Source: an uncultured Gemmatimonadales bacterium (lineage in GTDB: Bacteria > Gemmatimonadota > Gemmatimonadetes > Gemmatimonadales > GWC2-71-9). From it: DNA of 64,000 nt. The position numbers and the translations under genes were made by a program. The stretch is taken from assembly GCA_963842945.1 (NCBI GenBank), contig CAWJIM010000021.1:128001-192000 (forward strand), in the 5' to 3' direction. Of this stretch, positions 41,233 through 54,739 are shown one piece after another. The first letter of the stretch is position 1; each line of letters begins with the position of its first letter. The notes under the pieces are model-generated. The model had not been told where the DNA came from. It did not search any database and saw nothing but the letters and a program-made list of their open reading frames with translations.

Positions 41233-42859
41233 ATGACCTCACCTGAATCACCGGCATCGCCCCGCCTGGCCGCCATCGACGTTGGCACCAACACGATCCG
41301 ACTGACCGTCGCCGAGGTTCAGGACGACGATACCTATCGCATTCTGGACGAAGAGCGAGAGATGGTCCGGCTGGGAGAGAAGCTGGACCGGACCGGCCGG
41401 CTCTCCGATGAGGCCATCCAGCGCGCGCTCGCCGCGATCGGCAAGATGAAGGCGATCGCCGACGGCTTCAAAATCCGCCAGATCCGGGCTATTGCGACGA
41501 GTGCGGTGCGCGAGGCCGCCAACGGGCGCCAGTTTATCCGTGAGGTCTCCCGGCAGCACAAGGTCAGGATCGACGTGATTTCGGGCGAGGAAGAGGCCCA
41601 GCTCGCCTTCCACACCGCCGCCCGCCACTTCGATTTCCAGGGCCGCTCCACCGCCGTGGTTGACATCGGCGGCGGCAGCGTCGAGGTGATCCTCTCCGCC
41701 GGCACCGCCATCGATCACGTATATTCGCTGCCCTTGGGCGCGGTGCGGGTCACCGAGCGGTTGGTCCGATCCGACCCGCTCAAGCCGAAGCATTGGAAAG
41801 CGATGAAGGAGGAGATCGATCGCGGCATTCGGTCGGTGCTCCGCCAACCCCATCACCGGGCGGAGATCATGATCGGCAGCGGCGGCACCTTCACCGCGCT
41901 GGCCCACATGTCCAAGTTCCAGCGCGAAGGCCGCCATGGCTCGGTGCAGGGCTACGTGCTCACGCCCTCGGACATCGTCCACCTGCTGCGCCACTTGCGG
42001 GATACCCCACTGGAAGCCCGGCGGCAGATCCCCGGGCTGAGCCCCGACCGGGCCGACATCATCGTGGCCGGTGCCGCGGTAATCTCCCGGCTGGTACGAG
42101 GGCTCGGCACCCAGCAGATCATGGTAAACGAGCGCGGGATCAGGGACGGCCTGCTGCTCCGTATGATCTCGGAGCTGCCGGGCCGGTCACCCAATAATCA
42201 GCTGCCTCAGCCCAGCAACCGGATCGACTGGGCCCGCCATTTTGCCCGGAAGGCACACTCCAACGAGCGGCATTGCGAGCAGGTGGCCAATCTGGCGCTC
42301 CAGATCTTCGATGGAGTCAAGACCCGGTACGACCTGCCCGCTTCCAGCCGGGACCTGCTCCAGGCCGCCGCGATCCTGCACGACATCGGTTATCTCATCA
42401 GTCACGCCAAGCATCACAAACACGCTTACCATCTGATCATGCACGGTGACCTTCCCGGCTTCAGCCCTCACGAGGTGGAGCTCATCGCCAATGTGGTGCG
42501 CTATCACCGCAAGGCGTTTCCGCGAAAGCGGCACGAGAACCTGGCCTATCTGGATGGGTCGGATCGCCGGCTCATCGCGCGGCTGAGCGGAATTCTTCGA
42601 ATCGCCGAGGGGCTGGACCGCACGCATTCCCAGTCCATCACCGGGATCAAGGTGCGAGCGCTCCGGGGAAGACTCCGGATCAGCGTCGAGGCCCAGTCGC
42701 TTCCTCGAGATCGAAGTTGCCGACGCGGCCCGAAAGGCGGATCTGTTCCGCAATGCGTTCGGCACCGAGGTGGAGCTGGTCTGGCATCCACTCGGGTCAC
42801 GCACCCGGATGAACGCCGGCTCCCGAGGTTCACACTTGCACGTGGTTGGGGCGGGCTGA
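41233..42859 (+). CDS. ppx: Exopolyphosphatase Ppx/GppA with HD domain (frameshift near 42710)
   Basis: AIDVGTNT, ATSAVREA, DIGGGSVE, RADII, LHDIG, HHKH; the alternative frame gives ..KADLFRNAFG..* at 42859. Confidence 0.92.
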
Positions 42860-42867
42860 GACCGATC

Positions 42868-45116
<2,249 letters not shown>

Positions 45117-45120
<4 letters not shown>

Positions 45121-45620
45121 GGATTCTCGTGGTGCGGCATGGACCGGCGGGCGACCGGGAGGAATGGGAGCGCACCGGAAAAGACGACAGCCTTCGTCCC
45201 CTGACTCCCAAGGGGAAGAAGGAGGTACGAAAGGCCGCCGCCGGCCTGGTCCGCCTGCTTCCATCCCTCGACCTCATCGCCACCAGCCCCTGGACTCGCG
45301 CGGCGCAAACCGCCGAAATCGTGAACCAGGAATACGGAGTTGACCTGGAAGAGTTGGAGGAGCTCACCTCCGACCACCGGCCCGAAGAGCTGCGTCCCTG
45401 GCTGGATCAGCAGGGCAACCGCGAGGCGGTGGCGGTGGTGGGACACGAGCCGCACCTGGGACTTCTGGTCGGATATCTGCTGAGCGGCCGGAGCGCGTCC
45501 TTCGTTGATCTCAAGAAGGGGGGCGCCTGTCTACTGGAGATGGGCCGCCCAACCAAGCCCGGAGGCGGATGTCTCGAGTGGTTGATGACAGATCGCGAGC
45601 TCCGGCGACTCGGTGAGTAG
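45117..45620 (+). CDS. sixA: SixA-like histidine phosphatase
   Basis: VRHG, RPLT.KG, SPWTRAAQTA, VGHEPHL, LKKGG. Confidence 0.88.
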
Positions 45621-45623
45621 CTC

Positions 45624-46721
45624 ATGCCGCCCCGACTTCCCTCCAACCTGCTGGACCGATCGGCCGAAGAAGCGTCCCGCCTGCTCTCACTGAGCTATCT
45701 CGATCAGATCGATTCGGCCCACGTACGCCTGGGGGATCAGCTCGACCAGGAGGCGCTGCACGATTTCCGGGTGGGGATCCGCCGGCTGCGCTCGGCCATC
45801 CGAGCCTATCGGGCGGAGCTGGAGGGCAGCGTCACCGGCAAGATGCGCCGGCGGCTGCGCAATCTCGCCCGCGCGACCAATGATGGCCGGGACGTAGAGG
45901 TTCAGCTCGCCTGGTTAGGGAAGCAGGCACAGCTGGTGGGGTCGGACGACATTCCCGGCTTCTATTGGCTGGTGGGCCGGCTGGAGGATCGGAAGCAGAA
46001 GACCCACGACCGCGCCGTAGCCGACGTGGCACGCCGGTACGAGAAGACGGCGTTGAGGCTCCGAAGGGCGCTCGGAATTCTCCGAATCGAGCTGCAGACC
46101 GCGCAGGGGCAGCGGCCGACAACCTTTCGTGAGGCGACCGGAGCCCTGGCACAGCGCCAGGTTCAGCGGTTGCGAGACGATCTCGGCCGGATCCAGGGCG
46201 CGGACGACGGCGAGCAGGCGCACAGGACTCGGATTTCGCTCAAGCGGCTCAGGTATCTCCTGGAGCCGATTGCCCGGGGCAACCGGCGAGTGGGTGCCCT
46301 GGTCCGGAGGTTCAAGGAGGCGCAGGATCTGCTGGGCGAGCACCACGACATGCACGTCTTCTCGTTGGCGATCGCCTCCTTCCGCGAAGGCGTTTCGGCC
46401 AGCAAGTTCTCGGGTCTGGAGCCCGGGCTCGCCACGCTGGCACGCTTGGCGGATGAGGCGGGGAGGGCGGCGTTCGATCGCTTTCAGTCGGTCTGGGGCG
46501 GCGAGCTGGGATCCCGCATACTTGCCCGTGCTGATGAGCTTGGGAGCGCATTGGGAGAAGAAGTCGCGAGTCACGAGTCACGAGTCGAGATTCACGAGAC
46601 GAGAGTCATGAGTCCCGAGACGAGCGACCCGGGGAGCCCACCAGTCCCCCACATCGAGTCCGGCCTCGTGAGTGGCGGGCCAGAACCGGCCGGCGAAGAA
46701 CTTGCGACTCGTGACTCGTGA
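45624..46721 (+). CDS. CHAD domain (polyphosphate-binding) protein
   Basis: EALHDFRVGIRRLRS, RDVEV, HRTRISLKRLRYLLE, QDLLGEHHD. Confidence 0.9.
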   Translation: MPPRLPSNLLDRSAEEASRLLSLSYLDQIDSAHVRLGDQLDQEALHDFRVGIRRLRSAIRAYRAELEGSVTGKMRRRLRNLARATNDGRDVEVQLAWLGKQAQLVGSDDIPGFYWLVGRLEDRKQKTHDRAVADVARRYEKTALRLRRALGILRIELQTAQGQRPTTFREATGALAQRQVQRLRDDLGRIQGADDGEQAHRTRISLKRLRYLLEPIARGNRRVGALVRRFKEAQDLLGEHHDMHVFSLAIASFREGVSASKFSGLEPGLATLARLADEAGRAAFDRFQSVWGGELGSRILARADELGSALGEEVASHESRVEIHETRVMSPETSDPGSPPVPHIESGLVSGGPEPAGEELATRDS

Positions 46722-46773
46722 CCCGTGACTATCTCGCGACCGGTGACTATCTCGTGACCCGTGACTCGTGACT
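46562..46773. repeat. Inverted pair of degenerate heptamer arrays
   Basis: About 10 AGTCACG-like units (46562-46631) and CGTGACT-like units (about 46705-46773); same heptamer as 36479. Confidence 0.8.
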
Positions 46774-46787
46774 TCAAGGAGATTCGT

Positions 46788-47216
46788 ATGGCTAAAGTAA
46801 AGGACCAGCTCGGCCAGCTCGGAATGGGAACTCTCGTCGCCGGGTTGAAGGCGCTCGAGAGCGGCGTGTCCAAGAAGCAGTTCAAGCGCCTGATCGCCAC
46901 CGCGGTGGCGCAGCTGCTCACCATGCATCCCGACTACGGGGCGGGGAAGGCGCGGCGGCGGGCCAGGAAGATCGTGGGTGCCAGGCCGTCGAAGAAGATG
47001 CTGGTGAAGGCGGGCAAGGCCGGGGTGAAAGAGGCGCTGGGCACCGCGGCGGCTGCGGCTGCAACGGGCGCCGCGCTCAAGGTGGCGGGCAAGGTCGGCC
47101 GGAAGATCACCGAGCGGGTGAACGAGGCCGTGGGTGTGGGCGCCGGCGCCTCCTCCGGAGCAGGCTCCCGCCGCGACGACAATAACTCGGACCGTCAGGA
47201 CGAGTCCGAACGCTAG
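46788..47216 (+). CDS. Basic Lys/Arg/Ala-rich hypothetical protein
   Basis: AAGGAG RBS; 142 aa with about 28 Lys+Arg; inside the polyP operon. Confidence 0.75.
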   Translation: MAKVKDQLGQLGMGTLVAGLKALESGVSKKQFKRLIATAVAQLLTMHPDYGAGKARRRARKIVGARPSKKMLVKAGKAGVKEALGTAAAAAATGAALKVAGKVGRKITERVNEAVGVGAGASSGAGSRRDDNNSDRQDESER

Positions 47217-47271
47217 TTGCGCTTCGAGGCTGATTGCCGGTCTGACGACTGATGCTGGCGGCTGAACGACT

Positions 47272-47676
47272 GTGCCACTCATCCGCCAAGCGGGATCCAT
47301 CGTTATCCGCCTCGACACGAAGGAACCGCAAGTTCTGCTCGTCAGCGCCAGGCGGAATCCCCGGAACTGGATCTTTCCCAAGGGCCACATCGAGAAGGGT
47401 GAGAGCCCGGAAGCGGCGGCGCTGAGGGAAACCCGGGAAGAGGCCGGCGTTTCCGCCAGGCTGATCGGACCGGCGGGAATTCTGGAGTACGGATTTCTCG
47501 GCGCCAAGGCCCGGGTGGAGTACTTCCTGGTGCTCTTTACCCGCGAGGCCGGGCCGCCGGAAGATGGCCGGCAGCGGATCTGGTGCGGACTGGACGACGC
47601 GCTCGACCGCCTGAGCTACAAGAACACCCGGAAGCTCCTGCGGAAGGCATGGAAGCAGCTTTCAGCCTCCGCCTGA
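47272..47676 (+). CDS. Nudix hydrolase (DIPP/Ap4A-hydrolase-like)
   Basis: VLLVSARR..WIFPKGHIEKGESPEAAALRETREEAGV Nudix box. Confidence 0.9.
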   Translation: MPLIRQAGSIVIRLDTKEPQVLLVSARRNPRNWIFPKGHIEKGESPEAAALRETREEAGVSARLIGPAGILEYGFLGAKARVEYFLVLFTREAGPPEDGRQRIWCGLDDALDRLSYKNTRKLLRKAWKQLSASA

Positions 47677-47688
47677 GCTACCTCGCTG

Positions 47689-49124
47689 CTAGTTGACCGG
47701 AATCCGCGGCGCTTTCGGCTGAGGTCCTAGCTCGAGACTCTCCACGTATTCCTCTTTCGGAAACAGATCGGGTCGGTGAGTCAGTTCGAACGTCGTGGCC
47801 TCCTCCACTCCGTTGGCGCTGGCCGCGTGGCCGGCGCTGTAGAGCTTGGGATACCTCTCCCGCACCCAGGTATCCTCGAGGGCGAGGGGGTATTCCCCGA
47901 ACTCTTTGCCGTTGGCCGCATAGTACAGACCGGCGCCATTGGCGTCCGGCATCTCGACGTCGCCGCCGATTCCAGCCGAGATGGCCTGCATCTGGGTCAG
48001 CGGCGGGCCGAAGTTCATGGACAGAGCGTCTTTGCCTTCCCGGTGCCGGGTGGTGTGGAGCATGGTCCAGGCATCCGGCGACATTGTCCGGCATAGGCAA
48101 GCGGCGGTCGGTGATGGTGTTCGGCCCCTCGGTGCGCTGGGGTTCGAGCGGCGGCTTCGGGGCACTGGGGACGACCTCGAAGCTTTGCTCCTTGGTGTCG
48201 CGCCGCATCATTATGGTTCCGAAGGCCGCCCCGCCGACCCCGCCTTTGGTCTTCGGCCGGCAGGTCGTGATGTCAGGTCCGCAATCGGCATCCAATCACT
48301 TGGACGTCGGGCGCCACCAGCTCCTGCTGCCTCGGCACCCACATCCCGCGGGCGAACCCCACGAGTCCCTCCGCATTCGTCTGGAACAGCAGGAGTGAAC
48401 GATCCCCGGACCACCGAGGACTCCCGCGTCTTCCGGTCCTTCAGCTTCATGTCGTAGCTGAGCTGGTAGACGGTACAGCGGCGGAACAAGTAGGTCACCT
48501 GCCGCTCCCAGGCCTCCTCCAGCTCGGGGCTGGTGATCCTGATCTGCCGCCCCCAGTCGGCCATCGCGATGATGAGCGCCTGGCCGTTGCCCGTAGCCAT
48601 ACACTCATCGAAGGCCTCGGCCAGGCAGCGGTACCGGGCCAGGGAGAAGGCCTGCCCCAGGATGGACTTGCTGTCGCCCAGGCCGCCGAAGCTGAGGCCG
48701 GCCAGACCGATGATCTGAGCCTGGTGCTCCATCTTTACGATCCGGCCGAGCATGCTCCGGGCGAGCTCGCAGGTGGCGGCCGGGTTGGCCATGATATCAA
48801 AGGCGGGCTGCAGGACGTTCTTTACCCACCATTCCCGAAAGCTTCGAGCGCCCTCCTCGACGGCGGTGGGGAGGTTCGGGATCCTGCATCAGACCCCATC
48901 ATCTCCTTCTGCCGTTCGATGCCCAGTAGCTTCGCCGCGTCGCCTTGCTTCACCATGAAATCACGCTCGGCGATGACCAGCCTTCCCGCATCCATCCGGA
49001 GCTGGTGCATGTCGGCCTGGCTCGCCCGACCCTGTTGCAGGCCCCAGCCGGGCAGCAACTGGGCTCGGGCCGGCGAGGCCCAGGACAAAGCCAGCGAGGC
49101 GGCAAGGACAAAGGAGCGGCGCAT
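47689..49124 (-). CDS. Secreted hypothetical protein (~480 aa, several frameshifts)
   Basis: Signal peptide MRRSFVLAASLALSWASPARAQ; continuous coding-like segments in 48822.., 48211.., 47678.. and 47689.. Confidence 0.55.
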
Positions 49125-49309
49125 GGTCTTAATGTGGCGCCGTTCCCTGGCTCCGCCAGCACTCCGCGGGATGAAGGAGGCGCCACTGGGGGCCCGCCGC
49201 AACCACATTAACGGATATCTCCTCGACGGTCAGCTTGTTCGGGGACATCATCACCTTGTCACTGCAGTCCAGGCTGCCTGCCGCCGCATTCACGCTGTAA
49301 ACTCCTCCC

Positions 49310-51658
49310 ATGCTCCGGCTCCTTGGTTTGCTCCCTCTGGCCCTTGCCGCTCCCATTCTGCTACTGGCCCAGGAGGAAACGTACGCCGCGACCGCCATGC
49401 GCGGCATCAGCAATAATGGAAAGAACGCCACGGACCCCTACGTCACCGCCGGCGATCGGGCCTACCTGATCGGCACCCAGGACGGAAACTTCCCCGACCT
49501 GGGCGAGCACTTGGCCCTGAGATGGGCGGCCTCTGGGTCCATCCTATCAAGCTGATCGACGGCTTCGAGGCAAGCATCGCCGACTCCGCCGGGCAGGAGG
49601 TTGCGCTCCGAAAGAGCGAGGAGTTCATCAATTACCCCTACGGGAATCGCTTCCGGTACGGCCAGGTGCTGGATCAGGTCGAGATCGACCGCTTCCAGTT
49701 TGCCCCGGAGGGTCGGCCGGGCATCGTGGTGCAGTACACCCTGCGCAACCAGAGCGACCAGCGGCGGGAGCTCCGCTTTCGGCTCAGGGTGAAAACGGAT
49801 CTCCTTCCCGTCTGGCAGTCCGAAAAAATCGGCCTCACCGACGCTCCCGACCGGGTGAGCTGGCAGCCGGCCACGCGCCGGTTCCTCGCCCGGGACAAAC
49901 GTCACCGCTGGTTCGCGGTCTGGGGAGCAACCACGGCCGCCGGGGCGACGCCGGCTGCCCAGTCCGGACCCGATCTCCAGCGCAGGACAGGGAGTGACCG
50001 CCGCCTCGAGCTACCTTGTCTCGATCGAGCCGCGTGACAGCACGACCCTCACCTTCGTCTTCGCCGGCTCGACCCGCTCGAGCTCAGCGGCGGAGAGCAC
50101 GTTCACCTCCATCGCCCGAAGCCACGTGTCGCTGCTGGGGCGGAAGAAGTCGCACTACGCCGCGCTGATCCAACGCGCCCGAATCCGGATCCCCGACCAG
50201 CAGCTGCAGCAGGTCTACGACTGGGTCCGAATCAACAACGCGTGGCTGGTCCGGGACGTGCCGGGGATCGGTCGCGGGCTCGGCGCCGGTCTGCCGGAAT
50301 ATCCCTGGTGGTTCGGCACCGACGGCGCCTACTCGCTCCATGGTCAGATCGCGACCGGTGACTTCGATCTGGCAAGGCAGACGCTGCGGCTCCTCCTGTC
50401 TCAGTCCAACAAGGTCAACGGCAACGGCCGGATCATCCACGAGGTCACCACCAACGGTGTGGTGTTCAATCCGGGCAACACCCAGGAGACCGCGCATTTC
50501 ATCATGACCGCGGCCAAGGTGGTCCGCTGGACCGGCGACCTGGCGTTTGCCCGGGAGATGTACCCCGCGATGAAGCGGGGAATTCGCTGGCTCCTGGTCG
50601 ACATGGATGAAAACCGAAACCTCTTCCCCGGCGGCTACGGCGTCACCGAGATCTCCGGGCTCAACGCGGAGCTGATCGATGTCGCGGTCTATACTCAGCA
50701 GGCGCTGCTGGCTACGGCCGACATCGCCACCGTCCTGGGCCACCAGAGCTCGGCAGCGCGCTACCGGCAGCAGGCGGAGGAGTTGAAGCGGCGGATCAAC
50801 GACCGCCTCTGGCTCGAGGATGAAAGCTCGTACGCCGACTTCTACGGCACCCGGGCCCAGGCGATCAGCGCGACCGAAGGCGTCATCAAGCAGATCCGCC
50901 TCAGGGGTGAGGACAAGATGTCGGCAAGGGACCGCGAGCTGATCCCCTACTACGAGCGGCTCCGGGGCCGGTTCGAGGCGATGCCGGATACGACCAAAGG
51001 CTGGATCACCAACAAGAACTGGGTGGTGGCGACGCCGATGGAGACCGGGATCGCGCCGAGGGAGCGGGCCATCCAGGCGCTCGACCGGATCCGGCGGAGC
51101 GATGTGGGAGAATACGGGCCATATCTGTCAGCCGTGGCGCAGGCGGCAATGATGACCATCTCGACCGGGGTGCTGGCGGTAGCGGAGGCGACCTATGGCC
51201 GAGCCGATCAGTCGCTCTGGTACATGAACCGGATCGTCGAGACCTTCGGCCGCAAGCTCCCCGGCTCGATATCGGAGATGATGCCGGACTATGGCGACTT
51301 CGTTCAGGCTTGGACCGTCTACGGGATCGTGGTGCCGCTGGTGGAGCACGTCTTCGGGGTGCAACCCGACGCGGTGCACCAGACGGTGACCTTCGAGCCG
51401 CACCTGCCGGCGGGTTGGGAGAATTTGAGCATCGAGGACCTGCGAGTGGGCACCAACCGGATCTCGTTCACTCGGGCGAAGACCGATGGAGGGATCGAGT
51501 ACCGGATCGACGGCAAGGAGAGCGGCTGGCGCTTCGTGCTGAAGGAGGAGCCGCTGCCCGGTGCCAGGTACTACCTGAACGGCAAACCGATCTCCCCCGA
51601 TTCCACCGGAATCAGGATGACGGATCGGCAGAACCAGCTACTGATTGTTTCGCAGTAG
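49310..51658 (+). CDS. Secreted (alpha/alpha)6-barrel glycoside hydrolase (amylo-alpha-1,6-glucosidase/GDE-like); frameshifts near 49520 and 49970
   Basis: AGLPEYPWWFGTD, NGRIIHEV, NTQETAHF, SISEMMPDYG..QAW. Confidence 0.75.
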
Positions 51659-53275
51659 CGGCCTCCCCTAGCGCGGCTGCGCCACCGGACCCGGCCGGCA
51701 CGTGGGTCAACCACCAGTCCCGCGCCCGATCCTCGGTCCACGCGCTCGCCCCCTCGAGCTGAGCCAGCCGGGAGGACAGTTCTCTGGCGGACTGCGGCCG
51801 CTGGCCGGGGTCCTTGGCGAGACAGGACAGGATCAAATCTTCCAGCTCGGGAGGGATGGGCCGGTCGGTACGGGCGGATGGAGGCACCGGTGGTGTCTGC
51901 ACGTGCTTCAGCAGCAGTCCCATCTGCGTGTCGGCGGTGAACACCAGCTCGCCGGTCAGGAACCAGTATGCCAGACAGCCGGTAGCGTAGATATCCGCCC
52001 GCCCGTCCACCTCGCCCCCGGTCACCTGCTCGGGAGCAATGAACGCCGGGGTGCCCCGGACCGCGTTCTCCCCGGTTCTGGTGACGTTCCCGCCCGGAGT
52101 GTCCCGGACCGCCCCCACGATCCCGAAATCCAGCACCTTCACGAAGTCGTACTCCTCGCCGTAGCGGCAGAGATAGATGTTGGCCGGCTTGATGTCCCGA
52201 TGCACCAGGCCGCAGGACTGCGCCTCGGAGAGCGAGTGGCACACCTGCCGCAGCAGGTAGATGGCCCGCTCGGCCGGCAATCGGCCCGAAGCGCCGGAGC
52301 AGTGAGTCGGCATCGAGCCCGTCCAGCAGCTCCATCACGTAGTAGAAGGCGCCGTCGTCGGCCATCCCGAAATCGAAGAGCTCCACCGTATGGGGGGAGC
52401 GGAGCCGGGCGATCACCTCGGCCTCGCGCTGGAATCGCCGCATGGCCTCGGCCGAGGCACCGGCGCGACCGTCGCCGGCCACCGACGGGCCGGATCAGCT
52501 TGATGGCCGCGGGCCGGGTCAGCATCCGATGGCGGGCGCGCCAGACTTCTCCCATTCCCCCTTCACCCAGCTTCTCCTCCAGGCGATAGCTCCCCAGCTC
52601 CCGCGCCCGCCTGACCTCGGTGCCCAGCCGGTAGACCACCCGGGCGCCGACGTAGGCCATGGCCACCACGAGCAGATAGGGAAACACCAGCCCAAAGAAG
52701 AACTGCGCCGGGTTCACCCGGAGCGAAGTGCCGCCGGACGAGATCGTGAGTCCGATGATGACCGGGACCGAGCTGACCGACGCCAGGGCGGCCAGCACCG
52801 CCCGGCGCGGCGTGGTCGGCACCACCACGGTGAAGAGCACCACCCACACGGCGACCCAGGAGAGTCCCAGAAACCCCTGTGGTATCTTGAATCCCATCGG
52901 GTCGCCGAATTCGGCGGCGGCGATGGCGTAGCTGCTGGCGATCTCGAACACCAGCCGAGGTTCATGGACGGTGGGAAGCGAGAAGCGCTCGCTCCGGATC
53001 ACGGCGGCGACCACCAACGCCACCACGATCCCGATCACGCCGGGGACCCCACAGAAGGAAGCTCCCCAGGAAGCGGGCTCGCTCCTCCGGGATAGCAGTG
53101 CCGGAAAGATCCCGGCCATGAAGAAGACGAACGCGTAGAGCAGGGCGAGGTGCGAAGGCGGCCGGCGGATTGCTGGAGCAGGTCGATCGGAAGGCCCGAG
53201 CGAGCGTCCGCGGGTGGCCGAATCGCCTGCCGGGGCGTGCATGAGGGTGACTTGATGGTTTATCGCGGGCACCAC
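51612..53275 (-). CDS. Membrane-anchored Hanks-type Ser/Thr kinase (frameshifted)
   Basis: N-terminal TM helices; LGEGGMGEVW, AAIKLIRP, HRDIKPAN, DFG, GTPAFIAPE. Confidence 0.9.
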
Positions 53276-53517
53276 CTACGTTAACCCGGACTGATAGCTT
53301 CGTCTAATCTCGCCCGGCTGTCCCAGGTTCCGGTGCGACAAACTGTGGTCGTACCGTTACCCCAACGTTGCCAAACGCAGCCGCGCTGGCGATACTTTTT
53401 TATCTCACCGCAGCACCCCTGAGAAAAGATGTAGCCCGACAACCGCGCAATTTCTTGCATCGCGCGGGGCGGTCGCACTGTGCTCGCACGAGCACTCGAA
53501 AGGCGGAGCCACGCACG

Positions 53518-54660
53518 ATGACGACTGCGATAGCGTCGCCCAGCATTGCGCCCAGGCCATCCAGCCATTCGGCCCCCGCCACAGCCCAGCCTCCGCGGAT
53601 CGATCCCCTGGAGTCCGCCCGGGTGCAGACGCTTCGCGGCATAGCGTGTCTGTTGCTGGTTGCCTTTCATGCCATCGGATCATCTTCGGCTTCAGGACTG
53701 CACGCGCCGGACAGCTCCGTCTACCGGCACTTCACCAATCTGTTCGTCCACATCCGGATGCCGCTGTTCACCTTCCTCTCCGGCCTGGTGTACGCCTACC
53801 GGCCGCTGCGGCCGGAACAGGCTCTCGAATTTTCGGGGAAGAAGCTGCGCCGCCTGGGCGTGCCGCTGATCGTCGCAACCACGGTCCTGTATACTCTGCA
53901 CCTCGTGACGGATCACCGGGTGCCGCCGGCCTCCCAGGTCTGGACCATCTACATCTATCCCTATTGGCATCTCTGGTTCGTACAGGCGCTGCTGCTGGTG
54001 TTCGTCGCGGTGATCACGTTCGAGATCCTTGGCGCCCTATCGACGTTCCGCCAATTCCTGTACGTGTTCGCACTCTCACTGGTGCTCTACTCCGGCGGGC
54101 TGTTCGAGGGACACGAGGCCTTCGGCCTCAACAACGCCACGTACCTTCTGCCGTTCTTCCTGGCCGGTCTCGCCGCGCACCGCTACCGCGGTGTCCTGCA
54201 AACCAGGCAGGCACTGACACTAACGCTGGGGTGCCTCATCGCGGCTCAGGGTTGGCATGGCTACTTCGTCCTGACCCGGACCCTCGCCCCGATCGATCCG
54301 GTGGCGCATCGGTCCATCCTCAACCTGCTGATTGGCATGTCGGCGAGCCTGAGCGCCTTGCAGCTGCTGCCCCGGATGCGGCTGATGGAACAGATCGGAG
54401 GGTCCTCCTACACCATCTACCTCTACCATCCTGTCTTCGTCGCGGCGGCGCTCACTAGCATCGGAACCCGGATCCCGCTTCCCACCGGCCTGCTGTTCGT
54501 GATTGCGGGAACCGTCGGCATCGTGGGCCCAATGCTGCTGGAGCGAGCGGCTACCCGCGTTCCGGGGGGCCGGCTACTGCTCGAGGGCAGCACGGCGGGA
54601 CTGGCGCAGCAGCGGGCCCGGGTGCCAGCGGCGCAGGGAGAAATAAGACCGGCGGCCTGA
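53518..54660 (+). CDS. Acyltransferase-3 family membrane protein
   Basis: TLRGIACLLLVAFH, RMPLFTFLSG, HLWFVQAL, SYTIYLYHP. Confidence 0.9.
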   Translation: MTTAIASPSIAPRPSSHSAPATAQPPRIDPLESARVQTLRGIACLLLVAFHAIGSSSASGLHAPDSSVYRHFTNLFVHIRMPLFTFLSGLVYAYRPLRPEQALEFSGKKLRRLGVPLIVATTVLYTLHLVTDHRVPPASQVWTIYIYPYWHLWFVQALLLVFVAVITFEILGALSTFRQFLYVFALSLVLYSGGLFEGHEAFGLNNATYLLPFFLAGLAAHRYRGVLQTRQALTLTLGCLIAAQGWHGYFVLTRTLAPIDPVAHRSILNLLIGMSASLSALQLLPRMRLMEQIGGSSYTIYLYHPVFVAAALTSIGTRIPLPTGLLFVIAGTVGIVGPMLLERAATRVPGGRLLLEGSTAGLAQQRARVPAAQGEIRPAA

Positions 54661-54739
54661 GGCCGGCACCGATCAACACACGAAGCGGGCGGTTCATTAA
54701 GACACGGGTCGGTGATCGGTCTGTGCTCGCGGCGGGGTT

